Shown: positions 9,164 to 18,201 of the stretch, piece by piece | Layout: every line of letters starts with the position of its first letter | How positions within the stretch are numbered: position 1 is the first letter of the stretch | From: Nitrososphaeria archaeon | GTDB taxonomy: Archaea; Thermoproteota; Nitrososphaeria; JACIWG01 | Length of the DNA: 64,000 bases | Direction of reading: 5' to 3' | Assembly: GCA_963760525.1 (NCBI GenBank) | Contig: CAVXDT010000003.1 | Span: forward strand, 99,638-163,637 | Position numbers and translations under genes: made by a program | The notes under the pieces: model-generated | What the model was told of the DNA's origin: nothing | The model's database searches: none | What the model saw: only the letters and a program-made list of their open reading frames with translations

Positions 9164-10165
9164 ATGGCATCACCAATAGAACAGGAGGAGCTGACAGTCC
9201 TATCAGACGATAAGACTAACGACAGCTTCGGTTACTATCCCGACCGGCGGCCTCTCAGAACATACCTTGAATACGGGTTCATAGAACTCGATAAGCCACG
9301 TGGGCCATCAAGTCATGAGGTAGTAGCATGGGTAAGAAAAATGCTGAAGATGGAAAAAGCAGGTCATAGTGGAACCTTGGATCCTGGAGTATCAGGTCTA
9401 CTGCCTATTGCGCTCGGCAATGCTACTAAAGCCCTTGGGCTCTTACTTTTAGGCTCAAAAGAATATGTGTCAGTAGTAAGAATACATAACGATGTCCCTC
9501 AAGGAAGACTAGAAGAAGTTCTTCAAGAATTTCTTGGACAGATATACCAGCGCCCACCACAGAAGTCAAGTGTTAAAAGAGTAGTAAGACCTAGGACGAT
9601 ATATCAAATAGAGCTAATGGAGAAAGTCGGGCGATTGCTGCTAGTCAAAATCAACTGTGAAGCTGGAACATACATCAGGAAACTCGTTTATGACATTGGT
9701 GAAGTCTTAGGAGTGGGTGCCACAATGGTAGAATTAAGGCGAACCCGAGTTTTCAATCTGGATGAGAACATACGAATCATAAGCTTGCATGAAATATCGG
9801 CGGCTATCCACAAACTTGACGAAGAAAATGATGAAATCCCTCTTCGCTCCGTGATTCAACCAATAGAGAACATCCTTTCGCCTTTCAAGAAAATCATCAT
9901 AAGAGATTCCGCTGTAGACGCTGTATGTCATGGCGCCTTGCTTGCAATTCCCGGGATAGCTCAATTTTCCTCCAATATCTCCAAAGACGATTTAGTCGTA
10001 ATACTGAGCTTAAAGGGTGAATTAATTGCTCTTGGCAAAGCAACATTAAATGCTGAAGAGATAGAAGAGAAATCAAAAGGCATTTCTGCAAAGATTGAAC
10101 GCGTAATAATGGTTCCAGGAACATACCCGAAAATGTGGAAGTCATCAAAAATTCAATCACCCTAA
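9164..10165 (+). CDS. cbf5: tRNA/rRNA pseudouridine synthase Cbf5 (H/ACA RNP catalytic subunit)
   Basis: TruB catalytic motif HSGTLDPGVSGLLPIALGNATK. C-terminal PUA-like region (IIRDSAVDAVCHGALLAIPGI). Confidence 0.88.
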   Translation: MASPIEQEELTVLSDDKTNDSFGYYPDRRPLRTYLEYGFIELDKPRGPSSHEVVAWVRKMLKMEKAGHSGTLDPGVSGLLPIALGNATKALGLLLLGSKEYVSVVRIHNDVPQGRLEEVLQEFLGQIYQRPPQKSSVKRVVRPRTIYQIELMEKVGRLLLVKINCEAGTYIRKLVYDIGEVLGVGATMVELRRTRVFNLDENIRIISLHEISAAIHKLDEENDEIPLRSVIQPIENILSPFKKIIIRDSAVDAVCHGALLAIPGIAQFSSNISKDDLVVILSLKGELIALGKATLNAEEIEEKSKGISAKIERVIMVPGTYPKMWKSSKIQSP

Positions 10166-10423
10166 TAATATCACATGAATACTAGTAGATTTGAATTAAA
10201 GGATTGCAAATACTGTTTTCAAGGATTCCGAAACAAACTACAGTGGAGATTGCCAGCCAACTAACTGGCATAACCATAGCGGATTGTCAGATGTCTGTGA
10301 GTTATAGTATTCTTTTCACTTGCCACTACTTCAGAACCTGCGAGAAAAAAAGTTTTATTACCTAATACTTGCACTCTTGCAGTATTCAAGTGCGGACTGA
10401 GAAAAGATGTCAGATGTAATCGT

Positions 10424-10527
10424 GCCGGGATTGCCTAACCTGGTAAGGCGATGGCCTGGAAGCTCATGATATGACAGTAAGCCATTGACTCGAAAGAGTC
10501 GTGGGGGTTCAAATCCCCCTCCCGGCG
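10424..10527 (+). tRNA. tRNA-Ser (anticodon GGA) with about 18-nt intron at the canonical 37/38 site
   Basis: Hand fold. Acceptor GCCGGGA/TCCCGGC plus discriminator G. D stem GCCT/AGGC. Anticodon stem ATGGC/GCCAT interrupted by GCTCATGATATGACAGTA. Long variable arm GACTC-GAAA-GAGTC. T arm GGGGG-TTCAAAT-CCCCC. Confidence 0.85.
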
Positions 10528-10544
10528 CTTTCGCTACTTCAGAT

Positions 10545-10558
10545 AAAAGGTTTTAAGT
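10545..10558 (+). promoter_or_regulatory. candidate BRE/TATA promoter of tRNA-Val
   Basis: AAAAGG followed by TTTTAAGT, centred about 28 nt upstream of the mature tRNA 5' end at 10582. Confidence 0.4.
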
Positions 10559-10581
10559 GAAGAAATGGCCACTTTTTATGT

Positions 10582-10657
10582 GGGCCAGTGGTCTAGCTCG
10601 GTCTAAGACAACGCCCTTACACGGCGTGAATCCCAGGTTCGAATCCTGGCTGGCCCA
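10582..10657 (+). tRNA. tRNA-Val (anticodon UAC)
   Basis: Hand fold. Acceptor GGGCCAG/CTGGCCC plus A. D stem GTCT/AGAC. Anticodon stem ACGCC/GGCGT with loop CTTACAC. T arm CCAGG-TTCGAAT-CCTGG. Confidence 0.9.
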
Positions 10658-10683
10658 TTTCAAGTGAATGTCTGAATATGATT

Positions 10684-10822
10684 GGATAAGATTCTATAAA
10701 AGGTTATGAATATTGTCCAAAAATAGAAAATAGGTTTCTTTAGGAAGATCTTACCACTTTATGGATAATCTGTGATAATGGGAAGTAGTATTGGGGATAT
10801 CATATGGGGGAATGGAGGATAA
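10684..10822. repeat. dispersed GGATAA boxes (reverse complement of the TTATCC array)
   Basis: GGATAA at 10684, 10763 and 10817. GTGATAA at 10772. Confidence 0.5.
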
Positions 10823-10957
10823 TCTTTTTTGCAGGATTTAACAAAAAACCCTAAAAACATGCGGTGATAGTCATGTCAGGTTGCACTGTTGCTCCCTAGC
10901 ATTTGTTAGAGGGAACGGTCTTATTCTAGCCTGCTGGGCTCGTTTAGGTTTTTTTCA

Positions 10958-11013
10958 TTATCCTCTATTATCCCTGCTAGCCACGATTATCCGACGTTAT
11001 CCGACCTTATTCC
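10958..11013. repeat. phased TTATCC box array (about 10-nt register)
   Basis: TTATCC at 10958, 10968, 10987 and 10997. TTATTCC at 11007. The last three form a tandem TTATCCGAC(N) decamer. Confidence 0.7.
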
Positions 11014-11088
11014 CCGCAATCATCCCACCTATTTCCTGTATTATTCAAATTTCATAATCTGGAGAACATTAGTGGAATCCTTCTAGAG

Positions 11089-11466
11089 TCACCATTCGGG
11101 AAAAGGTGGTAGGGGCGGAGAAGTTGCAATCAGTACTTTCATCATTTCATCTCCCGTGTTTTCAAGGCCATGTTCAGCGTATGGTGGAAGATGAAAGAAC
11201 GTCCCCTTTTTGACTGGGACAGGTTCTTCTCGGCCAAAATATCCTTTGCCTTCCCCTTCCAACACAACATACACTTCCTCATTTTCGTGACTATGAGGTT
11301 CGAGTCTTCCTCCTGGTGCAAGATAGAGCAACGTGGTACTCAAGTTCTTGGAAGGCGCTTTCGGATTCTGTGGATGAACTACCCGTATACCAAACCCCCT
11401 TTTGCAGCTACGGTAGAGTACAGGAATACCTTCTTTTTCTCCAACAATATTTGCAGCTACCATCAT
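11089..11466 (-). CDS. cupin-domain protein
   Basis: Cupin motifs GGRLEPHSHENEEVYVVLEGEG and PPYAEHGLENTG. Confidence 0.8.
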   Translation of the reverse strand: MMVAANIVGEKEGIPVLYRSCKRGFGIRVVHPQNPKAPSKNLSTTLLYLAPGGRLEPHSHENEEVYVVLEGEGKGYFGREEPVPVKKGTFFHLPPYAEHGLENTGDEMMKVLIATSPPLPPFPEW

Positions 11467-11617
11467 ATTTCACCTAAGATCATGGACGCAAGCTAAAATA
11501 AATCTTTCCACTGCCATAGATTCAATTTCCATCAAAAGCATAATCCTGAATCTGAATTCTGGAATTAACAGGTGATTTCGCAGCTTTGTGAAACTAAACT
11601 CAAGGGCATAAACTTAT

Positions 11618-12773
11618 ATGATGAAGGATTTGATGAGATGGTCAGAAATTAGAATGGGGAGCACAAATACTTCCTATGCAGCACCATACATTTCTGCCTT
11701 ATTAGCTGGAATAACAATGTCTACTTCAATGACCTACCTTCCTCTCTATGCATACAATCTTGGGGCTAAAGAGATAGAAGTTGGATTAATAGCAGGCGCC
11801 CACAGTATACTTTACATAATTATGCCCATACTGCTCGGTCCTTTCTTGGATAGGACCGGGCCTAAAAGAACAGTTCTTTATGGTTCAACAATATTATGCA
11901 CATTATATATTTCATACCTTTTTATTATTGAACCTATCTGGTTTATTCCTCTGAAAGCTCTTGAGGGTTTAGGCTGGGCGTTTGTCTGGCCCCCATTTCA
12001 ATCTTTTTTTGGGGAAAGTGGAAAAAAGCTAAGGATGTATAATATTACGTGGAGTCTAGGAGTTGTTCTGGCACCGTACACGGGCGGTGTCATCGCTCAG
12101 ATGTCGGAGTTGAAGAACATTTTTGCTGTAACAGCATTGTTTATGGCATGCCTAATAGCCTTGACCTTCCTATATCCAAAAATTCAGAAAAAACAAATCA
12201 GCAAAAATGATCCATCACCTAACAGAGGTTCAAAGATTGGAAAGAAAGAGTTCAGTCTGCCTTCTCTTCGCATTCATGTTCAGTTTCACGACGTTGATAA
12301 TAAACACGTTCTTTCCTATCTATACTGCATCTAAAGGAATGTCAGTCATTGAAGCAGGATATATTCTGACAATATCCAATGTTGGAAGAATTCTCTCTTT
12401 TATCCTGCCATTCAGCTTGCTAAGACTGTTCAGCAAGGATAGATATTTACAACTCACGATTCTAGCAGCCACACTTGCCGCAGCTTCAGTTGTCTTTTAC
12501 AGTGAAGTTTTCCTCCTTTATCTGGAATTATTTGCCCTTGGATTGTTCTCAGGGCTGCTTTACACCCCTATACAGTACCGTATATTGAATATTAACGAGA
12601 ATAGAAAAGGCTATTATGCAGGAGTACTGGAATCAACCTTTGGAGTGGGCTTCCTTCTTGGCCCAATCTTAGGAGGATTCATAGCAGCCGTTAGCTTGGG
12701 TGATGTCTTCTTCCTTCCCCTCGCCTTTGCTATTCCTATCGTACTATTTGCTGTGATTGTTGGAACCAAGTGA
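11618..12773 (+). pseudogene. MFS-type transporter, frameshifted paralog of 21311-22435
   Basis: Two ORFs (11618-12334 and 12207-12773) align end to end with the intact paralog. KIGKKEFS is in one frame and (C)LLFAFMFSFTTLII in the next. A single extra base near 12254-12258 explains the shift. MFS motif A is FLDRTGPKR. The likely true start is the Met at 11654. Confidence 0.75.
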
Positions 12774-12870
12774 CCTTTAGAAAAACTAGCCTATGTTAGA
12801 ATCACTAGCCTGTTTGTTCGAATTGTATAGAAGTAAATATTTAAATTACTTTGCTATTGTTTTATGAACT

Positions 12871-13638
12871 ATGGTAATAAGGGCATTATACGCTGGTGAT
12901 GGCCCAGCAAAAGGCACAGGAGGATACCTGATATCGGTGATGAAAAAGTCTGGCATCGATTATAACCATTTCTCGCCCAGTCGCATAAGTGAAATTCCAT
13001 CTTCACCTAATCAATTATCAAAATACGATGTCATAATATTGAGCGATGTTCCAAGTAGTAGTTTGGGAAAGAAACGAATGAATTCTCTCAAGGAATATGT
13101 TGGGAATGGTGGAGGATTGGGAATGATAGGTGGCTGGGAATCCTTTACAGGCTTAATTGGCAATTATAGAGAAACGCCGGTTGAAGAAGTATTGCCAGTA
13201 AGTTGTATGCCATCAGATGATAGAGTCAATGATTCGAATGGTTTTAAGATTATTAGAAAGCGCAATCATCCAATATTAGAGGGACTACCTTGGTATGATC
13301 CGCCAACGGTATGCGGCTACAATAAGGTTGTGCCGAAAGATGGATCTGAAATTCTTCTGACCTTAAAGAGAATAGAACCAATCTTAGTGGAAGAAGTTGA
13401 AAATAAAATGATTGATAGAGTTGATGGAATAAGATTATCTGAGGAAGAACATCCCTTGCTTATAGTCCATCATTATAAGAAAGGCAAAAGCTTGGCTTTC
13501 ACAACAGATATTGCACCTCATTGGGTTGGTGGATTGGTGGATTGGGGATCAAATACGATAAGAATTGAAGGTCGGGAACTAGGCGACAAATACATACAAT
13601 TCCTGTATCAGATGCTCAAATGGTTAGCTAAAGCTTAA
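12871..13638 (+). CDS. putative class-I glutamine amidotransferase-like protein (GATase1-like/DUF1355 type)
   Basis: YDVIILSDVP...LKEYVGNGGGLGMIGGWESF...PVEEVLPV pattern. Confidence 0.5.
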   Translation: MVIRALYAGDGPAKGTGGYLISVMKKSGIDYNHFSPSRISEIPSSPNQLSKYDVIILSDVPSSSLGKKRMNSLKEYVGNGGGLGMIGGWESFTGLIGNYRETPVEEVLPVSCMPSDDRVNDSNGFKIIRKRNHPILEGLPWYDPPTVCGYNKVVPKDGSEILLTLKRIEPILVEEVENKMIDRVDGIRLSEEEHPLLIVHHYKKGKSLAFTTDIAPHWVGGLVDWGSNTIRIEGRELGDKYIQFLYQMLKWLAKA

Positions 13639-13804
13639 ATTAGAAAGTCTGTTATTTCACTACTTTTCTCATAATTAATTGGAAGCCATTTATTCTTAAT
13701 AACATTTATGTTTTGTTAGGAAACTACAATCTCAAAAATTAGCTCACGATGTAGTAGGCGAACTAATTTAAAGGCTTTTTAATGGAATGATGTAGAAGGT
13801 CCAT

Positions 13805-14593
13805 ATGGAACATAAATCTGTGAAAGATCTGTTTAGATTGGATGGAAAGAAAGCGATTGTTACAGGAGCGGGCAGTGGTATTGGAAGGGCGATTACATTG
13901 GGTCTCGCGGAATATGGAGTTGACATCGCACTATTTGGGCGTACTCACGAAAAGTTGGTAAGTGTACAGAAAGAAGTAGAAGAAAGGTTTCCTGTAAAAA
14001 CCTCGGTATATGATGTAGACGTCTCTATTTCTGGGCAGGTAAATGATGCCGTAAATAAGACGGTTGACAAGTTTGGCCAGATAGACCTTCTGGTTAACAG
14101 CCATGGCATTGGCCATTGGGTCAAAGCTGAAGAGATGACCGAGAAAGATTGGGATACGATGATGGGCATTAACTTAAAAGGGGTTTTTCTAATGTGCCAA
14201 GCTGTCGCACGGCAAATGATAAAGCAGAAGTACGGTAAAATAATAAACATTTCGTCCATTTCAGGTGTCATAGCGAATAGGCCTCAGACTCAATCCCATT
14301 ATAATACGGCAAAAGCTGGTGTCACGAATTTGACCAGGTGTCTGGCTGTCGAATGGGCAAAATACAATATAAATGTGAATTGTCTAAGCCCCGGATACAC
14401 TCTGGTACCAAGGCTTGAGAGAAGATTCACAACTAATCCTGAAATAGCAAATTCATGGAAATCATTCATACCAATGGGACGACTAGCTGATCCCGTAGAA
14501 ATGGTCGGCGCAGCAATCTTCCTCGCTTCAGAAGCATCGAGCTATGTCACAGGAGCCGATATTATTGTAGATGGAGGATACACTTGTTGGTAA
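13805..14593 (+). CDS. short-chain dehydrogenase/reductase (SDR)
   Basis: Cofactor motif TGAGSGIGRA, NISS, catalytic YNTAKAG (YxxxK), and C-terminal DGGYTCW. Confidence 0.88.
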   Translation: MEHKSVKDLFRLDGKKAIVTGAGSGIGRAITLGLAEYGVDIALFGRTHEKLVSVQKEVEERFPVKTSVYDVDVSISGQVNDAVNKTVDKFGQIDLLVNSHGIGHWVKAEEMTEKDWDTMMGINLKGVFLMCQAVARQMIKQKYGKIINISSISGVIANRPQTQSHYNTAKAGVTNLTRCLAVEWAKYNINVNCLSPGYTLVPRLERRFTTNPEIANSWKSFIPMGRLADPVEMVGAAIFLASEASSYVTGADIIVDGGYTCW

Positions 14594-14723
14594 AAAGCAG
14601 TATCAATTACTGAAATTTCTTCCACATTGATTTATTTCAACATAATTATTTATTGTTTTCTATGTATATTCATGAAATCAAAAGATTTATAAGATGGAAT
14701 CTACTTAAACAGACAGTTATGAA

Positions 14724-15266
14724 ATGATACCTGTTTTTCTAAGCGTTGGAGAACCCCGTGATTCAATTCAGATGAGTTATTTGAGAACATTAGAAAAATA
14801 TTTGCAAAGAAGAAGTATGGCTGTTGAAACAATTGGGCGCACATTTTACTCAATTGAGGCTCCTCTGATTCCAATAAAACAGAAATTGGAGAATGTCTAT
14901 GGTGCAATCATTCTCGCAATGGAACGATTTCATTCTAAAGCGGGTATTTACAAAGAAAAAAGTGTTACTCAACATACAGTCCTTAATCAATACTTTACTT
15001 CGGTCTGGACACACATTGAAGCTGCCATGGCATACCAACTTCAATTGCCACTGCTAATACTTAAAGAAGAAAAACTGGTTGCTGAAGGAGTATTTGATCG
15101 AGGCATTCATCAGTGGGTGATTATCCCCGTCCACCCTGAAGATCCAAAAGAGATAGAGCGTGAACCGATCAGAGGGTATCTTAGTGCTTGGATCAAGGCA
15201 GTCCAAGATAATTATAGCAGTTATGAAAATAAGCGAACACAGTATACTGGAGAGGGAGCTTGGTGA
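14724..15266 (+). CDS. hypothetical protein, possible TIR-like / nucleoside 2-deoxyribosyltransferase-like Rossmannoid fold
   Basis: N-terminal strand IPVFLSVGEP, later AIILAME, then SVWTHIEAAMAYQLQLPLLILKE. That is an SxWxxxE-type motif followed by a strand. The function is not established. Confidence 0.35.
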   Translation: MIPVFLSVGEPRDSIQMSYLRTLEKYLQRRSMAVETIGRTFYSIEAPLIPIKQKLENVYGAIILAMERFHSKAGIYKEKSVTQHTVLNQYFTSVWTHIEAAMAYQLQLPLLILKEEKLVAEGVFDRGIHQWVIIPVHPEDPKEIEREPIRGYLSAWIKAVQDNYSSYENKRTQYTGEGAW

Positions 15267-15319
15267 AGGAAATGGGGCTTAAGATAATAATCCTAGTAAA
15301 TCTTATGGTGGGATAGAGT

Positions 15320-16149
15320 GTGACGCCAAAGAGATTACTTAGATATGTACTTTTGTTTCTAGTCGCTTTCGCATTTATCTTCCCGGTTTACTATATGTTT
15401 GTGGCAGCATTCTCACTTGAAGACCCATCTGCGTCAGGCTCGCTTCTGCCAGACGGATTCCTCGGCAACTTGGAAACCATGTTCACAGAATCAGAAATCG
15501 AGACAAACTCATGGCCGCGCTCCATACTGAATGCCATCCTAATCTCTGCTGGCAGCGTTATCGTCACACTCCTAATAGGCTTCCCGGCTGGCTACGTTTT
15601 TTCCAGATATGATTTTCCAGCTGACAAACACCTTTTTCTTCTTCTTTTTCATTACAAGGATGGCCCCTGTCGCTGCGGTGTCACTGCCATATTTGATCAT
15701 ATTCCTCGGTATAGGGTTGTTTGACACCATTCAAGGTTTAGTGATTGCCTATCTCTCGTTTAATATTCCGATCGCTGTCTTCCTGTTCACGAGCTTTATG
15801 AGCGCGGTTCCTAAGGAGGTTGATGATTCAGCGTTCACTGACGGGTACAGCATATGGAGGTACTTCCGTAGAGTTTTTATTCCCTTGAACAGGCCTGCTA
15901 TTGGCGTTGTAGCGTTCTTCGTATGGTATCAGACTTGGTCTGAAATGTTCCTAGCAAGTATTCTAACACGGACTCAAGCAATGCCCCTGAACGCCAAGAA
16001 TGTTTATGATGATGGGTTTCAGTGGTTCTATTCAGATAGCATTAGGAATTGTTGCCAGCGCAGGGGTAATTACAATTGTGCCAGGATTACTTTTACTCCT
16101 TTGGGCGCGAAGCTATCTATCGAAAGGTTTCACCTTCGGAAGAATCTAG
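15320..16149 (+). pseudogene. carbohydrate-type ABC transporter permease (MalG-like), at least two frameshifts, orphan
   Basis: The protein is spread over three frames. The N-terminal TMs are in frame 2 and the EAA-loop region (DDSAFTDGYSIWRYFRRVFIPLNRPA) is in frame 0. The canonical C-terminus GSIQIALGIVASAGVITIVPGLLLLLWARSYLSKGFTFGRI is in frame 1 and ends at TAG 16147-16149. Shifts lie near 15632-15650 (T/C-rich run) and 15991-16002. Confidence 0.75.
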
Positions 16150-16218
16150 AAGGTAAAGTGAATAGTTCGATCACAAGTAGATCGTTGTGCGAAAGAATAG
16201 GATACCAATGATACAAAC

Positions 16219-18048
16219 TTGGCATATACTTTAAAAGGAAACAGTGAAATTAGAGGCTGGCGAGACCGGATGACTATAATCGAAGACGAGATGAAATGGG
16301 ATCTTTCCCAACTTGTGGAAAATGTTGATCCAACTGCAATTGAGAAGAAGCTGGCGTTCATGGTGGTTGAAGCAGAAAAAATTAGAGAAGCTTATCGTGG
16401 AAAAGTCAGTGAGAAAAATCTCCTAAGTATTTTGAGGATTTCAGACGATTTCGCAATCAAGTTTGAGGAAATGAATATGTATTGTCGCCTTATTTATTCA
16501 GCTAATTCAACTGACGCAGTTGCCAAACAACTCAATGATGCAACGCGCAGAGCGTCCTTGAAAATTGGAAAAGCATTAGCCTTCACGGATATTGAGATTG
16601 GCAAGCTTCTTACTAGTAAACAATCGTTAATCATCGAACCCATGCTGGCAGAATATAGGCATTATCTTGAAAGGGCATTGAGAAAAGCGCCACACTTACT
16701 TTCGGAAATCGAGGAGACGTTAATAATTGCCAAAGATAAGACCGGAGTTAAATCGTGGGAAATGCTCCAGAATGATTGGCTCTCTACCAGAACATTTGAG
16801 ATAAAAATCAAAGGTCAGACAAAAGTGCTTTCCTATGGTGAGATAATAGGTCTATATCAAAGTCCAGATCGTGATTTGCGGAAAAGATCCAATCAAATAG
16901 TCTATGAGGGTCTTGGAAAAGATGAAGTTATCTGGGCAAGCTCTATTCGTTCGGTATGCGAGGACCATTTACAAATGTGTGAACTAAGGAAATATCCAAC
17001 ACCAATGACTCAAAGCTTGATTGCTAATGATGTTGATCAACGGACTATCACCAGTCTTATGAATACTATTATGAAGAATGTCGGCTTATATCAGAAGTAT
17101 CTTAGTCTAAAAGCTAAGCTGATGGGATTAGAGAAGCTGGCCAATTACGATCTAGTTGCGCCTCTGCCACATGCTCCTAAGATGAATTATAGCTGGACGG
17201 AAGCTAGGAAGGAGGTTGTCAGCGCTTATATGGGATTTGACGAGGAAATAGGACGATGGGTTAATGAGATGTTTGAAAAACACCACATAGATAGTGAAGT
17301 GCGGAAAGGCAAGACTTCAGGGGCTTTTTGTTCTTCTTGGCTAGATGGAAAAAGTGCTTACGTTTTGCAGAGCTTCAACGGAGGGATGAAAGACGTCTAC
17401 GCTTTGGCGCATGAACTTGGGCATGCTATTCATGCATACCTATATTCAAGGGAACAGAATGCGAGTAACTGCGAAATTGGTAGTTGCATTGCTGAAATTG
17501 CCAGTACGTTTGGCGAATTATTACTAACTGAACGATTACTCTCTAGGTCTGAGACAAAAGAGGAAAAGCTGGTAGTACTCACCAATATACTGGACGAATT
17601 CGGTATGGTGGCCTTCCAAGTTTCTGCAAGGGTTTTCTTTGAACAAAACATGTATGATGCCATAGCACAAGGTAAGTTCTTAGACGGGGAAACTGTTTCC
17701 AAATTATGGGTTACAGCTCGCGATAAAATCTATTATGGTTCAGTGGACTGGTTAGATGTGATGAAATGGGAATGGACAATGAAGCCGCATTATTATATTG
17801 CTAACTACCGCTTCTACAATTATCCTTACGTGTTTGCTCAGTTGTTTGTATTCGCTTTGTATCGTCTTTATGAAGAACAGGATAAGAGTTTTGTGCCAAA
17901 GCTGAAAAAACTTTTAGCTGCAGGTTCAAGCAAGTCCCCGCACGAGCTTGCAGTTGAATTGGGTTTTGATATAACTGATGTAGTGTTCTGGGAAAAAGGT
18001 ATGAGACAAGCTGAGGAGTTCATCACCAAGCTTGGAGATACCATCTGA
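16219..18048 (+). CDS. pepF: oligoendopeptidase F-like M3B metallopeptidase
   Basis: HELGHAIH (HExxH) zinc motif. About 600 aa. N-terminal W.L..L pattern. The start is ambiguous (TTG 16219 or ATG 16270). Confidence 0.8.
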   Translation: MAYTLKGNSEIRGWRDRMTIIEDEMKWDLSQLVENVDPTAIEKKLAFMVVEAEKIREAYRGKVSEKNLLSILRISDDFAIKFEEMNMYCRLIYSANSTDAVAKQLNDATRRASLKIGKALAFTDIEIGKLLTSKQSLIIEPMLAEYRHYLERALRKAPHLLSEIEETLIIAKDKTGVKSWEMLQNDWLSTRTFEIKIKGQTKVLSYGEIIGLYQSPDRDLRKRSNQIVYEGLGKDEVIWASSIRSVCEDHLQMCELRKYPTPMTQSLIANDVDQRTITSLMNTIMKNVGLYQKYLSLKAKLMGLEKLANYDLVAPLPHAPKMNYSWTEARKEVVSAYMGFDEEIGRWVNEMFEKHHIDSEVRKGKTSGAFCSSWLDGKSAYVLQSFNGGMKDVYALAHELGHAIHAYLYSREQNASNCEIGSCIAEIASTFGELLLTERLLSRSETKEEKLVVLTNILDEFGMVAFQVSARVFFEQNMYDAIAQGKFLDGETVSKLWVTARDKIYYGSVDWLDVMKWEWTMKPHYYIANYRFYNYPYVFAQLFVFALYRLYEEQDKSFVPKLKKLLAAGSSKSPHELAVELGFDITDVVFWEKGMRQAEEFITKLGDTI

Positions 18049-18201
18049 TTTTTGGTTCGACGATCTAACAAAGAACAACCGATTAATTTTGAGATTCCCA
18101 TCAAGATCATCTGACTTGTGTCTTTTTATACGCGAATTGCGGCTCGTACACTACATTACGTTCCAACAAATTTCTTTTATAAAGCAAATCAAAAACTAGA
18201 C

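Noticed and set aside
10831-10955. Idea that the structured core next to cbf5 and the tRNAs is an H/ACA guide RNA or a C/D box sRNA.
   Set aside because: No ACA box at an appropriate 3' position. No RUGAUGA or CUGA box pairs, and no K-turn motif recognisable by eye. It is kept only as an unclassified candidate ncRNA.
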